The position numbers and the translations under genes are program-made. Below are positions 27,215 to 35,513 of a stretch of 64,000 bases of DNA, piece after piece (the stretch's first letter is position 1; every line of letters begins with the position of its first letter). The stretch covers positions 82,824 through 146,823 of the forward strand of contig CAZWVU010000002.1 in assembly GCA_964637575.1 (NCBI GenBank), written 5' to 3'. The DNA comes from an uncultured Candidatus Saccharibacteria bacterium (lineage in GTDB: Bacteria > Patescibacteriota > Minisyncoccia > UBA6257 > WO2-44-18). Under the pieces are notes generated by a model. The model was not told where the DNA came from. It was given only the letters and a program-made list of their open reading frames with translations, and did no database searches.

Positions 27215-28240
27215 CTACTTCAGATGCATGTAACTCTCCAGGTTGTGGATAGAAAACCCCCCGAAGGCCGTTTTAGAAATGAACGCCGCGGCAATCCGTT
27301 TCATTTCAATTTTCATCGCCTCCTTGGTCATTCCCAAAAATGTCACCTTCGGCGGATCGGCATCGGTGGTTTCCTGGCCGATGATTACTTTTACCCGCGG
27401 CGCGTACTGACTGGCGTAATCGATCTCGCCCTGGGCGTGGGCGATCGAGCCGTCATCCCCGCGCGCGAAATTGCGGTAATCCATAAGCACGACATACCCG
27501 TTGGCAATCTGGTTCAGCTCATCCATCAGGAACAATCCGGCGCCTTTCGCCGACTGATCGCGCCAGGAGACGATGCTGGTGGCGTTCTCGCCGTCCAGCC
27601 AATACGTCGCGGTAAACCCCAGCTTGAAACCCTGCTCCGCCAGTCCGGCGGTGGTGTTATATTTGGCGACGATCGCGTCCGCCATGTCCAGATACTGCTG
27701 CAAACCTTTCGTCTCCCGGCCGTTAAAATCCTCCTGGCCGTACGGCTCAACGTCGAACTGGATTCCGTCGAATCTGGCCTGGGCCGGCGCGGTCCGGTTG
27801 TAATCAAGGACTGAATCGAAAAAGTCCAGCGGCGTGCTCCGGTAATCGGGCAATGACCAGTCGGGATCTCCGCCGAGCGCCTGCACCTGGATGCCGCGCG
27901 CATGCGCGGAAATAATAAAACTGGCGACAACCTGCTGGCGGTCATGCAAATCTTTTGTAATTCCGTCTCCCGAATAAATATAGATGGAGGAAATATGTTC
28001 CTGCGCGGCAAATGCGAGCAGCTCCTCTTTCCGGGCGTCGTTGAACTGCCAGGGCGGCGTCCACAACCAGGTCGCGATGGGAACTTTTTCCAGATCGACG
28101 CTGTTCACCCGCGCCACCTCTTCCGACACCATCGCCTGCTGGTGGCTGTGATCGATATAACCGGAAACATACACATACAGCACGCCCGCCACCGCCGCGA
28201 AATAAAGAAGGTTCCGCACTGATTTTGGAATGTTAATCAT
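27215..28240 (-). CDS. Membrane-anchored glycoside-hydrolase-like TIM-barrel protein (GHL10-like)
   Basis: N-terminal TM after the internal start MINIPKSV. The remainder has alternating beta/alpha barrel-like segments and lies next to the GT2 synthases. The family call is low-confidence. Confidence 0.4.
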   Translation of the reverse strand: MINIPKSVRNLLYFAAVAGVLYVYVSGYIDHSHQQAMVSEEVARVNSVDLEKVPIATWLWTPPWQFNDARKEELLAFAAQEHISSIYIYSGDGITKDLHDRQQVVASFIISAHARGIQVQALGGDPDWSLPDYRSTPLDFFDSVLDYNRTAPAQARFDGIQFDVEPYGQEDFNGRETKGLQQYLDMADAIVAKYNTTAGLAEQGFKLGFTATYWLDGENATSIVSWRDQSAKGAGLFLMDELNQIANGYVVLMDYRNFARGDDGSIAHAQGEIDYASQYAPRVKVIIGQETTDADPPKVTFLGMTKEAMKIEMKRIAAAFISKTAFGGFSIHNLESYMHLK

Positions 28241-29465
28241 GGTCCCGAAGTTTGATGATGCCCGTGTTTTCCGCGCTGAACGCCATTTTGAAATAGGTAT
28301 AGACCCCAAGCGGCACCAGGATCATCACCTGGAACAGCGCGTAGAGCGGGAACAGCAGATAGAAGGGTTTCGCTTTTTTCCAGTGGAAAAGAAAGATGAT
28401 GCCAAGGTACAGGACTACCACCACCGGTATGACCAGCGGGTATTCGATCACTTCATACCAGCGGATCGGGGTGAGTAGATACACAAGAAACGTCGAGTAA
28501 AAAAAGTAGAGCGGGTGCCGCCAGGTGTACTGATGGGCATTCACCACGGCGTGGCGAAACTCCCCGCCGAACCAGATCATCCTCTGCCGCACCCAGGCGC
28601 GGAAGGTTCTCGGCACGTCAGTGTAAAATGTGAACGCGATATGCCCAACCTTGTAGCCCACCATTTTCGCGAGCTTTCCGATTTCAATGTCTCCCCCGCT
28701 GAAAAAGAGCGAATGATGGCCCATTACTTCTTTCATGATATTGGTTTTCGCGATCATCGCTGCCCCGGAAGTAAGCCACGGATAAATCCGCCGCGCGTCC
28801 ATCGCGAGTTCGTACTCCACCGACTGGAGTTTTTCGATGATGGTTTCGGACCGGGACGCGAGCACACGCACGGAGGCAAGATCGAAATCTTTCTGTTTCA
28901 TGAATCCCACCAGCTGATACAGGCTTTCCTCGGCCGTGGTGTCGCCGTCAATGAAAATTGAATACGCGGTCGTCACGACGCGGGAGCTTTCCCTCATGAT
29001 TTCGTCGCGGGCCTCTTCGCTGAGCGTGTAGATTGCTTCCTGATAAGCGGGGGTGTTCGGTGTGCGGGCCTGAAGCGTGGAAGTAAACAGCCGCCAGGGA
29101 TTGGGCGATGCTCCTTTGGACGAGGAAATGGGAACCTGCGAGCGGTAGATCGCGAAGTGGTATTGCTTCGCCAGGGCTTCGATCTGCGCGTTGAATTCGG
29201 GCCGCTCTTTGGTGGTGGTGCAAAGAAGCACCCTGCCCGGATACTGGCTGAGAAACGCGAGATTCCGGAGATACCGCATATCGCCGAAAATCGGGATCAG
29301 GATGGTGAAATCATCGCAGTCCTGGACTTTACCGGCGGGGATCACGGCGGTTTTCGCGAGCTTTGAGCGTATGATGGTGACAAAATCGACCAGAGAAAGA
29401 AGGAGCGGGATGAGAATATAAGGCGTGGCGGCAAGCAGTGGGATGTGGAAAATGTTCATTTGCAA
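28233..29465 (-). CDS. Processive family-2 glycosyltransferase (cellulose/chitin/PNAG-synthase-like), membrane-embedded
   Basis: DxD (IDGDT) and Q-x-x-RW (VRQRMIW) motifs are present, with an N-terminal TM and C-terminal TMs. It is a paralogue of the gene at 31272-32486. Confidence 0.85.
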   Translation of the reverse strand: MQMNIFHIPLLAATPYILIPLLLSLVDFVTIIRSKLAKTAVIPAGKVQDCDDFTILIPIFGDMRYLRNLAFLSQYPGRVLLCTTTKERPEFNAQIEALAKQYHFAIYRSQVPISSSKGASPNPWRLFTSTLQARTPNTPAYQEAIYTLSEEARDEIMRESSRVVTTAYSIFIDGDTTAEESLYQLVGFMKQKDFDLASVRVLASRSETIIEKLQSVEYELAMDARRIYPWLTSGAAMIAKTNIMKEVMGHHSLFFSGGDIEIGKLAKMVGYKVGHIAFTFYTDVPRTFRAWVRQRMIWFGGEFRHAVVNAHQYTWRHPLYFFYSTFLVYLLTPIRWYEVIEYPLVIPVVVVLYLGIIFLFHWKKAKPFYLLFPLYALFQVMILVPLGVYTYFKMAFSAENTGIIKLRDHD

Positions 29466-31234
29466 AGATACGCGGTATTACCGATAAGGATGCGCTGTTT
29501 ATGAAGACAGAAATCGAGCGACGCGACCTCTTTATAGCGGACTCCGGCTGAAGCAAGTTTCAATTCGGTGGGCACTCTTAGTTCGCCGAAATAAATCTTG
29601 AGCGGCGCTTTTACCGATTGAACGCGCAGGGTCGCGATTTCATCGGCGAGCGCCCGGGTGTATCCGTAGTTGGTTCCGAAAAAATCTTTTGCCACCAGCA
29701 CGTTGTTGACGAGGAGGATCGCCAGGACGGCGAATCCCACGGCTGGAAGCAGCCGCGTATTCGACTTAAATGCCAGGGGCACCGCGATCAGCGGGAGCAG
29801 CCAGATTTGCGGCACGTACCGCGCGACGGAAGACATCGGGTTGAGTATCGCGGACACTACGAGCACCGCGCAGATGAGAAGCGCCATTTTATAAATTTCA
29901 AAATTTCTATACCGTTCCTTCGCCGGTTTTTTCTCGATCGGAAGCGCGGCCGCCCGGTCCCTCCGGATCCGGTAATGCGCTTCGATCGCGCTGAAGAGCA
30001 GGATCGCGGCAGCGAGCACGATCGCGCCGCTGAACAACGGCCCGAATCCCCCCTCCTTCGGATCGCTGCCGTAAAACTGGTGCAGCTCGGTCGCGTCAAT
30101 CGTGAACGGCACCTTCAGCTGCCCGAAGGTATTTTCACCGCGGACGTCATCGCTTTTTGAGAATGCCGAAAGCGCGAGGGTGGCCAGCGATGTCTGGTCC
30201 AGATAATTCTGGGGAACATTGTAAGGTTTAAGATCGATCGCGTGCGCGCCGGCAAGCGGATAGAACGGGTTGCCGTGGTACAGCCAGTTCGTAAGGTATG
30301 GGTTGTATCCCACAAAGGCCACACCGACCAGGACGCCCGCAAAACTTGCCAGGAGAACCCGCTTGATCTGCCGGATCCGGTTCTGGAACCACAGCAACAG
30401 CAGGAGGGCGGACACGGCCACCCCTCCATAGATAAGGCCGGTAAATTTAATGTTGAAGAGGATGACCAGCGCGAAAAAGAAGGATACGAACACCGGCGCC
30501 TCCGGCTCGTCCTGATTCAGGTATTGAAGACCGAGCAGGGCGGCAACGACCAGAAACACCGAGGCGAGCTGGCCGTCCACGTAGTAGGTGGTGGACTGAT
30601 ACAGCGCCACCGGATTAAGCGCCATCAGGAACGCCAGCAGAAGACTTTTGGAAACTCCCCGTTTTTTGAATCCTAGGCCGAGGAAGAAGCTGGTAAGTAA
30701 AAAGAACGACGCAAAACACAATAATATGCCGGAAATTTTCGCCTGCTCGATATTTCCCAAAAGCTGGTACAGGCCGGCGGCGTAATACCAGGGAGCCTTG
30801 GCATAATGATCGATCCACCGCGCCAGCGTGCTGAGATCGGCGCCTACGCTTTCATAAAACGGATTCCAGCCGCCCGCCAGCCGGATGATCGCCGTCTGAT
30901 GATACGACTGGCCGTCATAGGAAAGGTCGGTAAAGGTTCTCGCGATGAACCAGGATCCCGCGGCGATGCCGACCACGATTGCCAGGACGAGCGGAAAGGC
31001 GAAAGGAGATGTTTTGAAATAATACTGAGAAAAAAGGAAACAGATCAGGCCGGCCGCGACCGCCGAGACGATGATCTGCCATGCCCCCGTCGCGCCGCCG
31101 AACAGGAACGTAAAGGCGGATACCAGCAGATCCGCGCAAAAGAAGGCAATAATTGTCGATCCGGTAATAAAGAAGAGCCGCGCGAGGTTTTTCGCGAAGG
31201 AGGATGTGGCATGCTGGTTAGGTTCTACAATCAT
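29456..31234 (-). CDS. Large polytopic membrane protein, possible GT-C-type glycosyltransferase/polysaccharide polymerase
   Basis: 592 aa with about 14 TM helices and large loops. It sits between the two GT2 paralogues. Confidence 0.4.
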   Translation of the reverse strand: MIVEPNQHATSSFAKNLARLFFITGSTIIAFFCADLLVSAFTFLFGGATGAWQIIVSAVAAGLICFLFSQYYFKTSPFAFPLVLAIVVGIAAGSWFIARTFTDLSYDGQSYHQTAIIRLAGGWNPFYESVGADLSTLARWIDHYAKAPWYYAAGLYQLLGNIEQAKISGILLCFASFFLLTSFFLGLGFKKRGVSKSLLLAFLMALNPVALYQSTTYYVDGQLASVFLVVAALLGLQYLNQDEPEAPVFVSFFFALVILFNIKFTGLIYGGVAVSALLLLLWFQNRIRQIKRVLLASFAGVLVGVAFVGYNPYLTNWLYHGNPFYPLAGAHAIDLKPYNVPQNYLDQTSLATLALSAFSKSDDVRGENTFGQLKVPFTIDATELHQFYGSDPKEGGFGPLFSGAIVLAAAILLFSAIEAHYRIRRDRAAALPIEKKPAKERYRNFEIYKMALLICAVLVVSAILNPMSSVARYVPQIWLLPLIAVPLAFKSNTRLLPAVGFAVLAILLVNNVLVAKDFFGTNYGYTRALADEIATLRVQSVKAPLKIYFGELRVPTELKLASAGVRYKEVASLDFCLHKQRILIGNTAYLCK

Positions 31235-31271
31235 TTTTTAAGAAATATTTCATGCTTTCATTTTCACTGTA

Positions 31272-32486
31272 TCATAAAAAATTGGCGTCATTATCGCGGA
31301 ATTTTATCATTCCGGTGTTCTCCGTGGTGAACGCCATTTTGAAATATGCATACATGCCAAGCGGCACCAGCACCATCACCTGGAACAGCGCGTAGAACGG
31401 AAAAATCAGATAGAAAAGACGGGCACGCCTCCAGTGAAACGCCAGGATCAGAAACCAGTAGAGAAAAATAACGATCGGGATAATGACCGGTCTCTTCACC
31501 GCCTCGTACCAGCGGATCGGCGCCAGGGCGTACACCAGAATCGTATTGTAGAAATAAAAAAGCGGATGCTTCCAGGAGTACTGGTGCGCATTGATCACCG
31601 CATGGCGGAATCCCCCGCCGAACCAGACGACCCGCTGGCGGAACCAGGCGCGGAAGGTCCGCGGCACGTCGGTATAAAATGTGAACGCGATATGGCCGAC
31701 CTTATACCCCGCCATTTTCGCGAGCTTCCCGATTTCGATATCGCCGCCGCTGAAGAAGAGCGAGTGGTGGCCCATAATCTCTTTCATCACCCCGGTTTTC
31801 GCGATCATCGCGGCACCTGACGTCAGCCAGGGATATATCTTCCGGGCATCCATCGCCAGTTCGTACTCCACGGACTGGAGCTTTTCCATCATCGTGTCCG
31901 CTTTCGAGGCCAGGACCCGCACCGACGCCAGGTCGAATTTTTTTTCTTCCATCAGGCCCGCCAACCGGTCCAGCGGTTTGCGGGTTACCGTATCGCCGTC
32001 GATCAGGATGGAGTATTTCGTAGTCACGACGCGGGAACCTTCCTGCATGATTTCATCGCGCGCCTCGTCGCCCAGTTCGTATTGCCAAACGTCGTCATCC
32101 TCATCTTTGGTCTGGGTGAGCGTTGAGGAAAAAATTCTCCAGGGATTTGGCCTGGCCTTGGAGGAAGCGATCGGCACGCTGGACCGGTAAATATTGAATC
32201 CGTGTTCGGCAGCAATCGCTTTCAGCCGCTCGTTAAACGTGCGCGTTTCCCGGGTGGTAGTGCATAACAGGACCTTACTGCCGTAGGGCTTCAGAAATTC
32301 GACGTTTTTCAGATAGCGGATACTTCCAAAAATAGGCAAAAGAATGGTAAAATCATCGGACTGCGGACCGTCCGAAGACACCTCCGCCGCGTTGGAAAAT
32401 TTTGCGCGGAGAATGATAATGAAGTCCGCAAGCGAAAGCAGGAGGGGAATAGCGATATACGGAGCCACTGCCAAAAAATTATTCAT
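31272..32486 (-). CDS. Processive family-2 glycosyltransferase, paralogue of 28233-29465
   Basis: Same architecture and motifs (IDGDT, FRQRVVW) as the paralogue. The conserved motif TGaTACCAT, an extended -10, ends 10 nt before its ATG. Confidence 0.85.
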   Translation of the reverse strand: MNNFLAVAPYIAIPLLLSLADFIIILRAKFSNAAEVSSDGPQSDDFTILLPIFGSIRYLKNVEFLKPYGSKVLLCTTTRETRTFNERLKAIAAEHGFNIYRSSVPIASSKARPNPWRIFSSTLTQTKDEDDDVWQYELGDEARDEIMQEGSRVVTTKYSILIDGDTVTRKPLDRLAGLMEEKKFDLASVRVLASKADTMMEKLQSVEYELAMDARKIYPWLTSGAAMIAKTGVMKEIMGHHSLFFSGGDIEIGKLAKMAGYKVGHIAFTFYTDVPRTFRAWFRQRVVWFGGGFRHAVINAHQYSWKHPLFYFYNTILVYALAPIRWYEAVKRPVIIPIVIFLYWFLILAFHWRRARLFYLIFPFYALFQVMVLVPLGMYAYFKMAFTTENTGMIKFRDNDANFL

Positions 32487-32551
32487 TTCTACTTTTATGG
32501 TATCACGGGTAATTATTGACTTATTTAAATTATTGTGTTAAGGTATTGACC

Positions 32552-33112
32552 ATGACTATTCATTTCGACAACGTCCCCTTTTATTCCCAATTCCAGGATA
32601 TCTCCCGGCCGGAATGGCGCGGCCAGAGCTGCGGCATTGCCAGCATGGCGATGGCGATCGAGTTCTATAAGCCGAAGAGTTTCTCCATCACCAAACTGCT
32701 CTCCCAGGCAATTAATTCCGGCGCCTATGATCCCGCCGTGGGATGGAAGCATCAGCAGCTCGCGGAGCTGGCGGATCGTTACGGCCTGGTGGGAACCAAT
32801 TACGATTTTTCCGAAGCCGATAATGAAACGGCGCTGAACAATCTCGAAGCCGCCCTGAAAGAGGGTCCGGTGGTGGTTTCCATCCACAATAAATTCGATC
32901 CTAGGGCGACGCTGGGGCACATTGTCGTGCTGACCGGTTTTGAAAATGAATTTATGCTCTATAACGATCCGGCGAGCGCCAAAGTCGAGAAGAAAATTTC
33001 CACGCTCGATTTTCTGAAAGGGTGGAAGAAACGCTTCATCACGGTCCGCGAAAAAGCGCCTGCGGACGCGCCGATCGCCCTGGACACCCGCGACTTCACG
33101 GCGCTGCCATAA
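32552..33112 (+). CDS. Peptidase C39-like (papain-fold Cys/His) domain protein
   Basis: YSQFQDISRPEWRGQSCGIASMAMAIEF carries a candidate catalytic Cys, and HIVVLTGF carries the His. The start is assigned to the internal Met (MTIHFDNV). Confidence 0.5.
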   Translation: MTIHFDNVPFYSQFQDISRPEWRGQSCGIASMAMAIEFYKPKSFSITKLLSQAINSGAYDPAVGWKHQQLAELADRYGLVGTNYDFSEADNETALNNLEAALKEGPVVVSIHNKFDPRATLGHIVVLTGFENEFMLYNDPASAKVEKKISTLDFLKGWKKRFITVREKAPADAPIALDTRDFTALP

Positions 33113-33140
33113 AAAAGCCCCCGAAAGGGGCTTTTTTGGT
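33111..33140. terminator. Bidirectional intrinsic terminator
   Basis: AAAAAAGCCCC-CGAAA-GGGGCTTTTTT. Confidence 0.65.
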
Positions 33141-33148
33141 CGGCAGTA

Positions 33149-33439
33149 TTAATGATTCGACGTGAGCTGGAAACAGGCGACGTCATACTGTGCGACCGCG
33201 TGAGAGCTGGTAGCATGCGCGAACGACGCGCTCCCGGTACTTCCGGCGTACACGGTAGCCGCGTGAAAGAAACCGCCGGTGGTAAAACCATGCGGCATCA
33301 ACGTCGCGTTCGCGTCTCCGCATTCAACGCTGGGCTGTCCGGTGCCGCTGGGATTTGCCGCGGCGGCCGCCATCAATGCGCCCGAAGCGCTTGCGAGCGT
33401 TGCCGCGATAATGCTTCCTATCAGAAGTTTTTTATTCAT
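33149..33439 (-). CDS. Small secreted Gly/Ala/Thr-rich protein
   Basis: Signal peptide followed by a low-complexity mature region containing two Cys. Confidence 0.4.
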   Translation of the reverse strand: MNKKLLIGSIIAATLASASGALMAAAAANPSGTGQPSVECGDANATLMPHGFTTGGFFHAATVYAGSTGSASFAHATSSHAVAQYDVACFQLTSNH

Positions 33440-33510
33440 GATGATTATAATTGCGATACTCCGACCTTTATTTCATCATAAAATAAAAAACCACCTGCGG
33501 TCGGCGATTG

Positions 33511-34380
33511 TTAATTAAAAAGCGTGATAAGATAGCCGTCGATCTCGCGCTGATCGACATCATAAAAATGCCGGTTCGTATCGTGCAGATTGGTAGCAAG
33601 CGCCACGCCGACGAAACGCCAGTGCCACGGCTCGAACTGATAATAAGAATTGCCCTGGGGATACGAAAGGATGAATCCGAACTTGTAGGCGTTGGCGTTG
33701 AGCCAGGCATAGGCCGGCGATATTTCAAAACCGGACAATATCGCCTTCACGCCCGGCGAGGTGAAATCCGCCGCCGTCCCCAGCTGGTGCTCCGAGTATC
33801 CCTGCTCGGCGGAAAATTGGTTGGCGCCGGCACCATAGATTACTTTGTATCCTTCTTTGACCGCGGCCTGATCATAAAACGAACGGTAGGCCGAAACTAT
33901 TTGCAGAGTTATCCCATCGGCGTTCGCGGCCTGCAGCATCGCGGTCAGTTTCGGCAGGGCGCCGGTGAGGAAAAGCTGGGACCGGTTTTTATCATACAAA
34001 TACTGCGAGTCGATGCTTGAAAGCTGGGCCGGCACGTAGTTTTCATTCAGGAAATATATTTTGGAATACTTTTTCAGCAATTCCGGATCGGTGGAACTCA
34101 ATTTCTGGAGTACGCCGACAATCGTGGAAATTTCATTGATCTTCGCTTCGAACTGGACATTCTTCCCCTGCTCCGCCTGCAGCGCCTGGTTCAGGATGGC
34201 ATTCTGGGTCTGAGTACCGGCGAGCGCGCTGGTGGTGGACGCCAGATCCTGGGTCAATCCCGCGACCTGATTCTGGAGCGCGCCGTTTTCCTGGTGCAGT
34301 TTCCAATAACGGTAGCCGCCGTAGCCATACAGCACAAACGCGATCGATCCCCCGGCAATAATCCACTGTGTCAGTTTCAC
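33511..34380 (-). CDS. D-alanyl-D-alanine carboxypeptidase, VanY/peptidase M15B family
   Basis: Zn-binding motifs SAYRSF, SEHQLGTAADF and EPWHWR. An N-terminal TM plus coiled-coil region precedes the catalytic domain. Confidence 0.85.
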   Translation of the reverse strand: MKLTQWIIAGGSIAFVLYGYGGYRYWKLHQENGALQNQVAGLTQDLASTTSALAGTQTQNAILNQALQAEQGKNVQFEAKINEISTIVGVLQKLSSTDPELLKKYSKIYFLNENYVPAQLSSIDSQYLYDKNRSQLFLTGALPKLTAMLQAANADGITLQIVSAYRSFYDQAAVKEGYKVIYGAGANQFSAEQGYSEHQLGTAADFTSPGVKAILSGFEISPAYAWLNANAYKFGFILSYPQGNSYYQFEPWHWRFVGVALATNLHDTNRHFYDVDQREIDGYLITLFN

Positions 34381-34431
34381 AAATTTAATTTTAGCATAAT
34401 TAAAATCCGCCCGATTACGGGCGGTTATATT

Positions 34432-35226
34432 TTATGTCCGGTAGCCGTTTTCAAAGGCGCGCTTTGTCACGGCGCTCATCTTCCGGAGATCTTCCATGTT
34501 CAGGAAAGGAAACTTCTTTCGGAGAAATCCTTCGATTGCGCCATAGAGATCGGAAAGCTCCACGAGCGTCATTACCTCCACTCCCTGCGCACACGCATCC
34601 TTAAGCTCCTCCGCTTCTTCAACGATCTTGGAAAGCTCGCCGTAGATTCCCCGCGGAATCGAAGCGGCCGAGTATCCCTTCGGAATTCGCGAGAGTACAT
34701 ACGAGAACCTCGGCTCAGCGACGCCGGTGCCGTACACCCACGGGCCGGTCGTCTCGTGGTTGCGGATCCCATACGATCCCAACTCAATCCCGTCGTACAT
34801 GATGTCGGTGCCGATCTCGGTTCCCTGAAATTTCACAGGCTTGGGAAGATACCGGTTAAAAAAATCCGCCGCGTCATGAAGCGCGCACTCCATATCCATC
34901 GGATCTTCCGAACCGGCGATGATCAGCTCTGCCTTCATGAAGTATGGCCGGGTGTATTCGTGGTACTCACTCTCTCTTCGGAAACAGGGCGTGACGCACA
35001 GATGCTTTCCGGGCTTCAGAGTTTTCCGCTGCAGCATTTCCAAAAAACTCTGCTCACCCGACGCCACCAGCCATTTGTCAGCGTGCGGAAACCAGGACGA
35101 GCCCGGCGGCGCGGTGATCTCCAGCGCCTTTCCGTCCACTGACCAGGGCACGTCCAGATAGCCGTACCCGCGCGTTCCGTAAAATTCCACCGCGTCGGCG
35201 ATACACTTGTAATTCACCGGCAACAT
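34432..35226 (-). CDS. Class-II aminoacyl-tRNA-synthetase-like catalytic core fused to a MazG-like (EExxE ... ExxD) NTP pyrophosphatase-type helical domain
   Basis: Motif-2-like CFRRESEYHEYTRPYFMKAEL and motif-3-like GTGVAEPRF. The C-terminus carries EEAEEL ... ELSD, the MazG all-alpha signature. The start is placed at the ATG at 35226, which has a GGAGGAG ribosome-binding site. Confidence 0.45.
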   Translation of the reverse strand: MLPVNYKCIADAVEFYGTRGYGYLDVPWSVDGKALEITAPPGSSWFPHADKWLVASGEQSFLEMLQRKTLKPGKHLCVTPCFRRESEYHEYTRPYFMKAELIIAGSEDPMDMECALHDAADFFNRYLPKPVKFQGTEIGTDIMYDGIELGSYGIRNHETTGPWVYGTGVAEPRFSYVLSRIPKGYSAASIPRGIYGELSKIVEEAEELKDACAQGVEVMTLVELSDLYGAIEGFLRKKFPFLNMEDLRKMSAVTKRAFENGYRT

Positions 35227-35287
35227 TCCACTCCTCCGATTGCAAAGAACGCCATCACTATATGCCAGGTTGTATTCCCGGTCAAAC

Positions 35288-35472
35288 AAAAAGCGCCGCG
35301 CATTGCGTCGGCGCCCTGTAAGCGATGCCAGCGGTGGTTTAGTCAGGATGTCCTTTTGTCAGTCCCGCTATCTTGCGACATGAGGACTGTTGCACCCCGG
35401 CCTGAGCCATTGACTGTTCCCGTGCTCGAGTTTTGGAAATCACTTTTTGTTTTCTTCCACCTGCTGGCACCT
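35288..35472 (-). ncRNA. Candidate structured 5' leader (riboswitch/attenuator-like) upstream of the aaRS-like/MazG-like gene
   Basis: Extended -10 TGGTATAGT sits at 35475-35483. A 12-bp long-range helix pairs GCCAGCAGGTGG (35458-35472) with CCACCGCTGGC (35324-35337) and encloses about 120 nt. A terminator hairpin GGCGCCGACGCAATGCGCGGCGC+UUUUU sits at 35288-35315. The ribosome-binding site and ATG lie 60 nt further on. Confidence 0.3.
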
Positions 35473-35513
35473 TTACTATACCAGAAATTTCCTGTTATTT
35501 CGACCGCTTTTTT

